A stretch of DNA of 64,000 nucleotides from an uncultured Candidatus Saccharibacteria bacterium (GTDB lineage Bacteria > Patescibacteriota > Minisyncoccia > Phycocordibacterales > UBA9973): the NCBI GenBank assembly GCA_964361705.1, contig CAYIBP010000001.1, positions 26,727 through 90,726 of the forward strand. The letters are read 5' to 3'. This document shows, piece after piece, positions 29,443 through 39,072 of the stretch. Position numbers and translations under genes: made by a program. Below the pieces are notes generated by a model. It worked only from the letters and a program-made list of their open reading frames with translations. It had not been told where the DNA came from and made no database searches. Position 1 is the first letter of the stretch. The number at the start of each line of letters is the position of its first letter.

Positions 29443-29736
29443 TTAAGAAAACTGCCTCATAAATTTATAAGAAAAAGGTTCTGCGTATTTTTCCAAAATA
29501 TTTCTCTCGTATTTATCCAATTTATCATATCCTAAGATAAAATTCTTGATCACGCTCCATTCTTCCCTGCCCGCTGGTTTGATGTCTCTAAAAGTCAAAA
29601 TCTGATCAACAATACCTAAAGCGCGTGTTTTAGCATTATTAGCAGCTTCTATTTTTTTTGAATCAAAAAAAGAAAAAAGTCTTCCTATTTCAGGATGCAA
29701 ATTTGCCATATAAAAAAGAGAATCTTTCTCAATCAT
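29443..29736 (-). CDS. Small helical hypothetical protein coupled to DUF5674 gene
   Basis: 97-aa ORF whose start overlaps the upstream stop (ATGA). Confidence 0.6.
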   Translation of the reverse strand: MIEKDSLFYMANLHPEIGRLFSFFDSKKIEAANNAKTRALGIVDQILTFRDIKPAGREEWSVIKNFILGYDKLDKYERNILEKYAEPFSYKFMRQFS

Positions 29737-30089
29737 TTCAAATCAATATATTTATGAATAACTTTAGTTCCTTTTTTTATTACTTCCTGATTATCAATAG
29801 ACCGTGTTCTGTTGCCTTGATTCGGTTTAATATTCACCATCGAGTCAAATTCTAAAACACCATCAGGGTTTTCTTCAAAACGAATATTAAAACCCCAAAT
29901 ATTTTCAAATTTTGATCCTGTACTGGTTAGAAGTTCAGAACTTTCAATATGATAATCTCCCCCCAATGCTACCCTTTCTAGTTCTATGTCAACGGTTCCT
30001 TTTATCATCGTGCTATACCAAAATAGGGCCATTTTTTTAACTTCATCTATTGAAACCTTGTGATCTAAAACAATTATCTGTCCGTTCAT
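29733..30089 (-). CDS. DUF5674 family protein
   Basis: MIKGTVDI...GGDYH...GS...NIWGFNI...EFDSMVNIKP.QGNR pattern. Confidence 0.7.
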   Translation of the reverse strand: MNGQIIVLDHKVSIDEVKKMALFWYSTMIKGTVDIELERVALGGDYHIESSELLTSTGSKFENIWGFNIRFEENPDGVLEFDSMVNIKPNQGNRTRSIDNQEVIKKGTKVIHKYIDLK

Positions 30090-30136
30090 ATATAGATGTA
30101 TTTTAACACAAAATCAGGAAGCGCGCTTGCAGGATA

Positions 30137-30196
30137 ATACCAAAGGTGCCCTTTCGCACCACAGTGCGAAAGGGCACCTTTGGTATCCTTTGGTAT
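30137..30196. repeat. REP-like 23-bp perfect inverted repeat with a stuttered 10-bp end duplication
   Basis: ATACCAAAGGTGCCCTTTCGCAC-caca-GTGCGAAAGGGCACCTTTGGTAT, then a second CCTTTGGTAT. Confidence 0.65.
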
Positions 30197-30323
30197 GTCT
30201 TAGTAAATTCTAGTACTTTTGCTTTTCAAAACCATCAAGAAAATCTTGATAACTTTGAAAAGCATAAGAGAAATGAACATTCCTGTTCAAATCTCCTAGC
30301 TTTGATGGTGATGCCCTCCAACA

Positions 30324-30899
30324 TCACTTTTTGGATGAATCGGGCAGAGATCCTACCTTTTCGTCGAATTCTTGAAGCTGAAGCTCAAGGTTAGTTTTTC
30401 CCCTTATAGCTCTTTCCTTCCTTCCCAAAATCTCGATTTGGGCTTCGAGATGTTTTTCTCTCATCCGCAAAAAAGGTTTGTTGTCTTCAACAACCGATTT
30501 TCTCACCTTGTCGACAACAAAAGAGGTGTCCACGGTGGTAGCTTCAGCTTGGGGAGCTGGAGATTCGACTTGAGGGAGCGGAGCTACCGTGGTCAAAGCA
30601 GAGGTGTCGGGAAGGGCTTCGGCTTGGGGGACCGGAGAGAACGTCGAGTCGTGGGAGACCGAGGCTTTGGGGGTCAGAACCTCCTGCGTGGCAAGATTGG
30701 CCCAAAACTGCGGGCAATCCATGGTTCTGCACCATCCTTGGTGAGAGCCATGAGGTGTCGGATTCTGTTCGAATGGGTAGGCCGAGGTGGGCAGGGCGAT
30801 GGAAGAGATTTCGCGTTTCTTTGTCACGGCAAAGAAAAGCAAAGAAAACGCGAGAGCTACCATTCCAATCACTACCCAGAGTAGGGGGTTTTTCCTCAT
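30324..30899 (-). CDS. Hypothetical membrane-anchored protein (Pro/Thr-rich linker, C-terminal coiled coil)
   Basis: N-terminal TM, AGGAG SD, visibly GC-richer than neighbours. Confidence 0.6.
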   Translation of the reverse strand: MRKNPLLWVVIGMVALAFSLLFFAVTKKREISSIALPTSAYPFEQNPTPHGSHQGWCRTMDCPQFWANLATQEVLTPKASVSHDSTFSPVPQAEALPDTSALTTVAPLPQVESPAPQAEATTVDTSFVVDKVRKSVVEDNKPFLRMREKHLEAQIEILGRKERAIRGKTNLELQLQEFDEKVGSLPDSSKK

Positions 30900-31074
30900 A
30901 AAATTTCTCCTAAAAAGATGGTTTGAAAAAGTTCTGAAACATTGATTAACGCGCTCTTTGCACGAAGCTTAGATTACAAAGAGCGATATGTTTGTAATAT
31001 AGCACACATCTAAGGTAAAAGTCAATAGCTGTAAACCCTTGTAAAATAAGGATTTTAGGGGTATATTTGGGTTT

Positions 31075-31770
31075 ATGAGATTACATAGGTTTATTGGGGA
31101 GTTTGATTTATCTAAAAGTGAGATCGAGATAAAAGACTCGGAAATCATAAAACAGGTCAGAAATGTCTTGCGTTTGAACGTAGGTGATTTTTTAATACTT
31201 TCAGATGGCAAAGGTATGGAAAAAGAAACCACGATCACTTCCCTATCTAAAGAAAACATAATAGTTGAGGTAATAAAAGATATACCTTTAAATGAACCAA
31301 CCAAAAAAGTCAGCTTGTATTTGGCAGTATTGAAGAAAGAAAATTTTGAGCTAGCTGTACAAAAAGCTGTCGAGTGCGGAGTGTCAGAAATAATTCCCAT
31401 CATCACAGAACGCACAGTAAAAACTGGTTTGAATAAAACTCGTTTAGAAAAAATAATAAAAGAGTCCTGCGAACAATCTGGTCGAGGGATACTTCCCCAC
31501 CTTTCTGAAACTATATCTTTCGACGACGCACTACAAGACGGCACGAAAAACGAAGAGAGGGTAGTTTTTCATTTTGTTGATAAACAATATGAATCAAAAA
31601 AGAATACAACAAACGCAAGTATTTTCATCGGTCCTGAAGGTGGTTTTACCGAACATGAAATATCTCTGACTAAAGATACCGGCTATACTGTTACCTCTTT
31701 AGGATCCCTCACCCTCCGCGCTGAGACAGCCGCGATGATAAGCACATACAGAGTAGTACAGAATATATAA
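31075..31770 (+). CDS. rsmE: 16S rRNA m3U1498 methyltransferase
   Basis: NVLRL, QKAVECGV, EQSGR, IGPEGG, LRAETA. Confidence 0.95.
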   Translation: MRLHRFIGEFDLSKSEIEIKDSEIIKQVRNVLRLNVGDFLILSDGKGMEKETTITSLSKENIIVEVIKDIPLNEPTKKVSLYLAVLKKENFELAVQKAVECGVSEIIPIITERTVKTGLNKTRLEKIIKESCEQSGRGILPHLSETISFDDALQDGTKNEERVVFHFVDKQYESKKNTTNASIFIGPEGGFTEHEISLTKDTGYTVTSLGSLTLRAETAAMISTYRVVQNI

Positions 31771-31787
31771 ACACGAAAAACCGTCGA

Positions 31788-31822
31788 GTACATAATGACA
31801 GCTATAGCGTCTATTATGTTAT
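31788..31822. repeat. Third copy of the PaaX-associated palindromic site
   Basis: ACATAATGACA-GCTATAGC-GTCTATTATGT followed by TATTATCATTTT, resembling the PaaX-like gene promoter. Confidence 0.55.
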
Positions 31823-31851
31823 TATCATTTTAGTTTAAAATCTAATATCTT

Positions 31852-33522
31852 CTAATAAACCTCCTGTTGGTAACAACTCTCGCAGTACACTATCTCTTTG
31901 TTCTCTGGTGAATAATTTGTATTTATTTCCTTTTTGCATTTATCACACTGTCGCTTCCAGAATTTATATGGTCCACGAATATTTATCCTTTCTTTATGTC
32001 TGCAATAAAAACATTTGCGCGGAATAGGCAGGATCATCTTTCTGTAAAACAAGAATTCTTGCGCTGTAATTTTATAATTCCTCTTGCAATCTATACAGGC
32101 AAGTACTTCAGCCAAAATACCATCCGTCACATCTTTTATATGGTCTGGTATTTGTTCTGATTGCACTGTTTCTTTGCCTTCCGTTTTCTGCAGATCATCC
32201 TCCCATCTAAAACCTTGCGCCAGCACTTCTTCTTTTGTCATCGGCATATTGTCCTGCCCTATCGTTTCATTATAAGCAAAGGGAGCAAGATCTGGGGGCA
32301 TCATTAAGCCATATAGATTTTTTGATTTTAATTCTTGTATGATTAGATTTTTTAACTTTTCATATTCTTCCTTGCTGTATTCTTTGTTGAATATGGCATA
32401 TTTAGTGTTTTTAAGCGCATCACATCCTACACAATCTTGGCAATTTGTAGTGTAAAAACAGTAAAGCATATTATTGCCATGCTCAAGACCATAAGAACCT
32501 ATAATATTGCTCGAATGCCCCACTGCCACTACTTCGAGCAATCTTTCGCAGGAGGTACCATAGCCTATGGTACCATAAGAATCTTTAATTTCTTTTGAAG
32601 AAAATAAATATCGGCAATCCTCACCTCTTGCCACCTCGAAAGAATCTTTGACGTTTTTACAGTTAAAAAGATAATCTCCAGAGGAATCTATACTTTTTGG
32701 ATCATTATTTTCTTTTACTGGATATTTCAAACATAAATCTTTAAACTCTTTTTTAAAAGATTTCGTTTTTGAGAAACTTCCTTGTATTTCTTTGACTTTG
32801 TTCCAGTATTCTTCTTGGGTATATGGTTCATTTAGAAAGTGATAAGACTTATTGTTTAAATTTACACAACCAAAGCAATTCATCACTCCCCTGCAATTTT
32901 GGACAAAAGCGCTATCCACCGATCCAAAAACATTTTTTCCCCATAGAATGCCCGAAGATTCTTGAACATTGACACTTTCATAACATCGTTCGGTTTTTGT
33001 GGCAAAATACATATCCGAACAATCCTTGATATCTTTCGCTCCTCTAGTATAGAGAGTTTCTTCGGCAGGCCCGGTATTGAAAACGAGATAGCAATTCTTG
33101 CATCCGCCTGCCATATTCGTATATTCGCTGTTTTGATTTGGTCCGTATCCAGAAGAAAGATATGTGGTGATCTTCGGTACTTTTATCAAAAATTCTTTCA
33201 TCTGCTCTAAAAAAGAATGGCTTGGGTCATAATCCATGGCGTAATCTTTTGGATCCCATTTGTCGGAATAAAAACATTCGTGACAATATATCTTGTAAGG
33301 AGATTTTGGATTGTACATCGATATTATGCTCTTGTCGCATAAATCACAACGTCTGCCTGAATAAAGAGTGGTTTCGTTTCTCCACAGCGCACGCATTTTA
33401 AATCTGCAAGACGGACAAACCTTTGGGTTCGGCACTTGCATCTTTTCATAAAAAGAAATTTCGTCCTGATCTAGAAAAAAATCAGTGAGGCATTTAGTGC
33501 ATTTTTTCGTTTCTGTACGCAT
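31852..33522 (-). CDS. Cys-rich zinc-ribbon/solenoid protein, paralog D
   Basis: CxxC..FYEKMQVP.P..CPSC plus CxxC-x17-CxxC at both ends; central Cys repeats. Confidence 0.8.
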   Translation of the reverse strand: MRTETKKCTKCLTDFFLDQDEISFYEKMQVPNPKVCPSCRFKMRALWRNETTLYSGRRCDLCDKSIISMYNPKSPYKIYCHECFYSDKWDPKDYAMDYDPSHSFLEQMKEFLIKVPKITTYLSSGYGPNQNSEYTNMAGGCKNCYLVFNTGPAEETLYTRGAKDIKDCSDMYFATKTERCYESVNVQESSGILWGKNVFGSVDSAFVQNCRGVMNCFGCVNLNNKSYHFLNEPYTQEEYWNKVKEIQGSFSKTKSFKKEFKDLCLKYPVKENNDPKSIDSSGDYLFNCKNVKDSFEVARGEDCRYLFSSKEIKDSYGTIGYGTSCERLLEVVAVGHSSNIIGSYGLEHGNNMLYCFYTTNCQDCVGCDALKNTKYAIFNKEYSKEEYEKLKNLIIQELKSKNLYGLMMPPDLAPFAYNETIGQDNMPMTKEEVLAQGFRWEDDLQKTEGKETVQSEQIPDHIKDVTDGILAEVLACIDCKRNYKITAQEFLFYRKMILPIPRKCFYCRHKERINIRGPYKFWKRQCDKCKKEINTNYSPENKEIVYCESCYQQEVY

Positions 33523-33526
33523 AATT

Positions 33527-35536
33527 TTATTCCAATATCTTTCTCAGCACATCTTCAGGCACTTCTTTTATTTTTGTCTTGGGTGTTTCTTCTTCTTTTA
33601 TTTCTTCTTTTTTTATATTTTTAGATTCTATAAAACTTTTCAATTTATCCATATCTTCTGCGCTCGCTGCGCGATCTTTTGATGATTTTTCTTTTTTAAT
33701 TATACTAGGTGCTTGTTCTTCTTTTAAAATACTCAGGGGCACGGGTGCATGCACAGCAGGTCTCACAAGGGTAACGAGGTCAGACTTTTTTTCTACTTCC
33801 TCTGATTTTACCTTTGATTCTTCTGCGATAGTTTTATTTAAAATATCCCTTAGAGCTGGGTTGCCATTTTCTGTACGAGCTATTTTTAGTTTGTTACCAG
33901 TAAACACCTTCTTCATTCTTGAAAATACACCCTCTCGCACAGGCGCTATATTCCTCGTCGTACTGTCTCTTTCTTCTTCTTTCTTGGGCTCGAATTCTAT
34001 ACCCAGATCGGCCAGTGGTTTATAAAACTTAGCATCATCTCTTTTGTTTTCTCTTGAAAAACCCGTAGCGACTTTTAATTCCCCTGTCTTTATTTTATCC
34101 ATACAATCCTTACAATACACAGGCCTGCCTGGCGTAGGCTTGAAAGGCACTGTGGTTTCTTTTTTGCAATTAGAACAAATGATCGGGAATTTCTCTCCGG
34201 TCATATTATCTCCATCATTGCCTAGAGACATTCCGCTCCAATCATTGATCTCTTGCTCCACTACTTCTCTTGGTCTGCAATACAGCGCGCGCGAAGACCT
34301 AATCACTTCTTGTTCTATCTCCTTGTTACCCGACTTTACTAAAGGCGATAAGGTCTTGGCTGAAAAAGGTCTCGATGTCGTACCATCAATCATAAGCTTC
34401 AAATAAATTTTGAAATTCGGTAAGTTTAAAATATCTTGCGGTGTGAATTCTGGCTCAAATTCTTTTTCCAAAAACTTTGCATCATCAGCGCCGACTCTGA
34501 AAACAATCATCGTGCCCACGTTGCCAAATACTGCATCTCGAACACTAGAATTCTTATCAGCTATCAACTGTGCCGTGTACTGATGGGCCACAGTCAAATT
34601 GAGTCTATATTTTCGAGCTTCAGACAAAATACCTGCAAAAGACTCCGTAACGAAATTTTGGAATTCATCAACATATAGATAGAAATCTTTTCTCTCGTCT
34701 TCGGGTATGCGCACACGTTCCATAGCGGCGAGCTGAATCTTGGTAATTATCATTCCCCCTAAAAGCGAAGAATTGTCTTCACCTATGCGCCCTTTTGATA
34801 CATTTACAAGAAATATTTTTTCTTGATTCATTAAATCAAAAATATCCACTGTGCTTTTAGCCTGACCAACGATATTTCTGATGATAGAGGTAGAAAGAAA
34901 CTGCCCAACTTTGTTTTGTATCGGCGCAATGGCTTCATTTCTAAATTTATCCTGCCAAGCTTCGTATTCGTGAATCCAGAATGCTTTAATAACAGGGTCC
35001 TTCAAGTTTGCTATTACCTTTTGACGATAATCTTTATCCACCAAGAGCCTCGGTATACCGAGCAATGTCGAACCTGGAGTATCAAGCAGTGCCAAGATAG
35101 CATTGTTCAAAATATATTCCATTCTGGCGCTCCAAGCATTTGCCCAAATCTTTGTGAAAATACCCATCAAACCCGAAGCTACGAGATGTTTATATTTTGG
35201 ATCCAAAAGTTCGAGAACATTAAAACCTATATGATACTCCGTATCAGCAGGATTGAAATACACCACATCTTTCATTCGATGTGGAGGAATAGCCGAGAGT
35301 ACTGCTTCGACATTTTCTCCGTGAGGATCAACCATACACACACCATCGCCATTTTCGATGTTCTGAATAATCATGTTGAACATCAGGGCGGATTTACCTG
35401 TACCGGATTTTCCAAGTATGTACACATGCTGACGGCGATCTTTACGCTTTATGCCAAAGAGAGTATTCTTGTCCCTATAAGTAGTCTGACCTACATAAGT
35501 AATCTCTTTATTTTTTGGGATTCCCAAGAGTTCCAT
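33527..35536 (-). CDS. VirD4/TrwB-like coupling ATPase with CxxC-x17-CxxC domain
   Basis: GKSGTGKS, DPHGE, DEFQN, SEARKY; CSNC-KKETTVPFKPTPGRPVY-CKDC; charged tail. Confidence 0.85.
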   Translation of the reverse strand: MELLGIPKNKEITYVGQTTYRDKNTLFGIKRKDRRQHVYILGKSGTGKSALMFNMIIQNIENGDGVCMVDPHGENVEAVLSAIPPHRMKDVVYFNPADTEYHIGFNVLELLDPKYKHLVASGLMGIFTKIWANAWSARMEYILNNAILALLDTPGSTLLGIPRLLVDKDYRQKVIANLKDPVIKAFWIHEYEAWQDKFRNEAIAPIQNKVGQFLSTSIIRNIVGQAKSTVDIFDLMNQEKIFLVNVSKGRIGEDNSSLLGGMIITKIQLAAMERVRIPEDERKDFYLYVDEFQNFVTESFAGILSEARKYRLNLTVAHQYTAQLIADKNSSVRDAVFGNVGTMIVFRVGADDAKFLEKEFEPEFTPQDILNLPNFKIYLKLMIDGTTSRPFSAKTLSPLVKSGNKEIEQEVIRSSRALYCRPREVVEQEINDWSGMSLGNDGDNMTGEKFPIICSNCKKETTVPFKPTPGRPVYCKDCMDKIKTGELKVATGFSRENKRDDAKFYKPLADLGIEFEPKKEEERDSTTRNIAPVREGVFSRMKKVFTGNKLKIARTENGNPALRDILNKTIAEESKVKSEEVEKKSDLVTLVRPAVHAPVPLSILKEEQAPSIIKKEKSSKDRAASAEDMDKLKSFIESKNIKKEEIKEEETPKTKIKEVPEDVLRKILE

Positions 35537-35575
35537 ATGTGTATATTATACAAGAAAAACAAGCTTTTACCATAT

Positions 35576-37249
35576 TTAGTATATTTCCTTCTGATAGCAA
35601 CTTTCACAATACACTATTTCTGGTCTATCTAGTGAATATGAGGTTTCAAATTCGTTAGAGCACCTTTCCTTCATGCATTTCCGATGCCATAGTTTTAAAG
35701 GATTGCGCGATTTCATCCTCCTATCATTCCGGCAGAAAAAACAATTCCTAGGCAAAGGTACCTGCATTCTCTTATAAAAAAGCAATTCTTGATTTGTAAT
35801 CTTAAAATTACGATCACAAGACCCACAAACCAGAACTTCGTTTATAATGTCTTCCACAACATCATTGATATCATCTGGTATGTTTTCTTGTGACATCGTT
35901 TCTTTGCCTACGGTACGTTTGAAATCATTCTGCCATTTCAAGCCACGAGCCTCTGCCTCGCTCTGTGTAAGAGGAAACATTGAGAGGGCCTCTGTTTCGT
36001 TGTAATTAAAATAAGACATTCGAGCGGGGAAAAATTCTCCCCACTCTTTTGTTTTTTTCATTAGCTCAATGATCTCATTTTTTAGTTTAAAATATTCTTC
36101 TTTTGTGTATCTTTTATTCAAAATTACATACTCTCCTTTTTTGACACTCGCACATCCAAAGATATTGTTGCACGAATGGCAATTGTCACAATAAGCAATA
36201 TCTTTATCCTTCCATGAATAAATACTAAAAAGATTATTATAAGATTGGTCTGGTGTTGCCGCCTCATAAGAATATTCCACCTCTCCACCACCGGACAAAT
36301 CGTAACAATCCTTAAACTTTACACCATTGTAGACGAATCTTGATTCCTCGCTAAACGGGGCAAAGAAAGAATCTCTGGTGTGTTTTGCCTCTATCAGATC
36401 ATTCCCCGTACAATTCAGACAATTACGAAACATCGCAAACCGACGCGGATATTTTAAAATAAATTCCTTAAACTCCTTCTCAGCCCTCTGCCAACCAGTA
36501 AAAGTATTCAAGGCGTAAGATTTCAAAATATCTTCATACTCTTCCTTGCTGTATTGTTTGTTACGAAAATAATATCTCTTGCTTCTCAAGCCAAAAGACA
36601 TAAAACAATCGCTACAATCACGACAGTCATAACAAAAATCACAGTTTTGTAGCGAATTACCATATATCACATATCTGCACTTATAACACTTATCAATCAA
36701 AATTGACTCGTACATGAATTCATTAAAATCATAAGCACCAAGACAATCGCACAGTTCCCTGCCCTCATTTAGAAAACAAGAATACATCACGCTCTCTAAT
36801 TTCCAAGAAATAAAAGTCATGTAACAATTTTTAGAAAATGCAACATCGTGACAATAAGGACTATTCATACTGGAAATACCATCATCGTTCATCAGGGCGA
36901 TCTTTGGCACTTTGTGATTTAGTTCCATGTACTGTTCAAAAAAAGATTTGTTCGGATCAAAATCCTGTCCGTATTTGTATGGATCCCAGTTGTCGTTCCA
37001 GAAACACTTGACGCAATAAACGACCAAATCAGAGTCAGGTTTGTAAATAGAAAGAGTGCTCTTGCCACACAGATCGCACGAACGATTGTACAGATTGTAT
37101 GTATTCCTCCAAGCCAACCTGCGTTGACTTCTACAATCTGGACAAAAAGTCGGGGGTGGCACTTTGATTTTTTCATAAAACCCAAAATCGTCAGATTCTA
37201 TAGTGAAATCTTTTTTACAGTTTTGACAATTGCGGGTTTCGGATTGCAT
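35576..37249 (-). CDS. Cys-rich zinc-ribbon/solenoid protein, paralog C
   Basis: Start MQSETRNCQNC; same architecture; ends IVYCESCYQKEIY. Confidence 0.8.
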   Translation of the reverse strand: MQSETRNCQNCKKDFTIESDDFGFYEKIKVPPPTFCPDCRSQRRLAWRNTYNLYNRSCDLCGKSTLSIYKPDSDLVVYCVKCFWNDNWDPYKYGQDFDPNKSFFEQYMELNHKVPKIALMNDDGISSMNSPYCHDVAFSKNCYMTFISWKLESVMYSCFLNEGRELCDCLGAYDFNEFMYESILIDKCYKCRYVIYGNSLQNCDFCYDCRDCSDCFMSFGLRSKRYYFRNKQYSKEEYEDILKSYALNTFTGWQRAEKEFKEFILKYPRRFAMFRNCLNCTGNDLIEAKHTRDSFFAPFSEESRFVYNGVKFKDCYDLSGGGEVEYSYEAATPDQSYNNLFSIYSWKDKDIAYCDNCHSCNNIFGCASVKKGEYVILNKRYTKEEYFKLKNEIIELMKKTKEWGEFFPARMSYFNYNETEALSMFPLTQSEAEARGLKWQNDFKRTVGKETMSQENIPDDINDVVEDIINEVLVCGSCDRNFKITNQELLFYKRMQVPLPRNCFFCRNDRRMKSRNPLKLWHRKCMKERCSNEFETSYSLDRPEIVYCESCYQKEIY

Positions 37250-37254
37250 ATATT

Positions 37255-39012
37255 TTAATATACCTCTTTTTTGTAACAATCTTCGCAATAAAGCATGTTA
37301 TACCCTTCTTCTAGGTTAAACACAGACTCTATCTTTTTATTGCATTTTTTACAAGAAGTCTGATATTTTTTGGCAGTCAAAAACATGGCGAGTTCTTCTT
37401 GCATGCGTATCATCGGATGCGTGTCCGGTAGCGGAATTTTCATTTTTCTTAGAAATTGAAGTTCAGATTGGATAATCCTAAACGGTCTGCCTGTGACTTT
37501 ACACTCTATGGCTTTTTCCACAATATCATCATTCACATCATCTATATATTTTGGTATATCTGCATTCGTCAGTATTTGTTCGTTTGATATATTGGTTTCT
37601 GGCTCCTCGGCTATATAACCACCTAGTTTTATAATTTGTTCCTCACTCAAAGGGAAAACAATTTGGCTCAATGAAAAATTGTATGCTTGAGCAGAAAATT
37701 CCATACCTAAACCATCGCCATACTCGCCTATCTTTAACATTTCATATTTAATTTTATCCAGTAGTTTATAATATTCTTCTGCAGAATATTGTTTATTCAA
37801 AATACAATAGGATTTATCCCTTAAACCAAAACACATAAAACAATTGCTCAAATTACTGCAATTAAAAACAAATTCGCAATCAAGAAGTATTTTTGAATGT
37901 GAAGAAAATTTCACATTGCTGGAATGATTGCCAGTATTTATAGTGCTATACAACAAACTGGAATGCCCTCCAGAAAACAGCGTATCCATAGAATCATTCA
38001 GAAAAAAACTTCCATCTATATGCCGTACATTTTCTGTGTCTTTTGAAGCAGTAGCATCAAAAATATTTTTAGCATCTCTGAGCAACACACCATTACAATT
38101 TTCTATGTTTGTATTAGCAGAAGCATTTATTGGCGAAGATTTAACGAGCAACCAAAATTTATCTTCCATATCTTTTATTTTCTCTCGCGACAGAGGATAA
38201 ATGGATTTGATAAAATCTTTGTATTCTTTTTCCGAAAGTTGTTTATTCCAAACACAATATTTCGCATTTCTAAGGTTCACTGAACCAAAACACTTGTCAC
38301 AGTTTCGACATCCAAATAAAAATATACTATCTGTGCAATCTTTTGAAAAATAAACAAAAGAAGATTTATAAATATGATCAGAATAAACACTACCATAAAC
38401 ATGATCAGATTCATCTATAACTCTGGAATCCATGCCGTCTTTGACTTTATTCATTGAATTGCAATACCAAAGATTTTCAGAAAAAAAGCAACCTGTCACA
38501 TAATAACCATTCTTTAGGTTTCTACCGCCATTTGAATATTCACTATTTATTGTCGAAGGATCTTTGTTTAGAAAAGATGGCATGGGAAAAACTTTTCGAA
38601 GCGCAAAAAGTATAGCCAAAGGACTTGCGCCGTCCTTGTACTCCAAGCCAAAAGAAAAAGCATCGAAACTATCACCCATAAAATATTTATAATCATAAAC
38701 AGGAAAAGGACACTCTTTCGGAAATATAGATATCATTGATTCGTTGTGGTTAGATACATTGCAAGATCTTTTAAAAAGTCGGGAGCTATCTTTTTGTGTT
38801 AATCTTCTGATTCTCCTACAAGTAGGACAAAAGTTTGGAGCTGGAACTCGAAGCATTTTTAAAAATTCTATATCGCCTTTTGATATTTCAAACTCTCCCT
38901 CGCAGTGTATATGCAAACCCGCCCATCTGCAAACACGAGAGTGAGGAGTAAGATTTGCCAAAATTTCGTCTAGCAACTTATCAAATCTGGGTGTTTTTGA
39001 CACTGATTGCAT
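37255..39012 (-). CDS. Cys-rich zinc-ribbon/solenoid protein, paralog B (most divergent)
   Basis: VPAPNFCPTCR, ILNKQYS.EEY, ends LYCEDCYKKEVY. Confidence 0.8.
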   Translation of the reverse strand: MQSVSKTPRFDKLLDEILANLTPHSRVCRWAGLHIHCEGEFEISKGDIEFLKMLRVPAPNFCPTCRRIRRLTQKDSSRLFKRSCNVSNHNESMISIFPKECPFPVYDYKYFMGDSFDAFSFGLEYKDGASPLAILFALRKVFPMPSFLNKDPSTINSEYSNGGRNLKNGYYVTGCFFSENLWYCNSMNKVKDGMDSRVIDESDHVYGSVYSDHIYKSSFVYFSKDCTDSIFLFGCRNCDKCFGSVNLRNAKYCVWNKQLSEKEYKDFIKSIYPLSREKIKDMEDKFWLLVKSSPINASANTNIENCNGVLLRDAKNIFDATASKDTENVRHIDGSFFLNDSMDTLFSGGHSSLLYSTINTGNHSSNVKFSSHSKILLDCEFVFNCSNLSNCFMCFGLRDKSYCILNKQYSAEEYYKLLDKIKYEMLKIGEYGDGLGMEFSAQAYNFSLSQIVFPLSEEQIIKLGGYIAEEPETNISNEQILTNADIPKYIDDVNDDIVEKAIECKVTGRPFRIIQSELQFLRKMKIPLPDTHPMIRMQEELAMFLTAKKYQTSCKKCNKKIESVFNLEEGYNMLYCEDCYKKEVY

Positions 39013-39023
39013 AAAGATATCAT

Positions 39024-39058
39024 AGCAAAAAACCTCGTAAATTACGAGGTTTTTTGCT
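39024..39058 (-). terminator. dnaK terminator
   Basis: AGCAAAAAACCTCGTAA-A-TTACGAGGTTTTTTGCT. Confidence 0.85.
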
Positions 39059-39072
39059 GAAGTTTGAGATTT

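Noticed and set aside
31785-31825. dif (XerC/D) site
   Set aside because: CATAA and TTATGTTA arms resemble dif, but the spacer is 18 bp instead of 6-8
27971-35536. Conjugative element / ICE suggested by two VirD4-like ATPases
   Set aside because: No relaxase, VirB4, mating-pair genes or integrase; the genes are embedded among housekeeping genes
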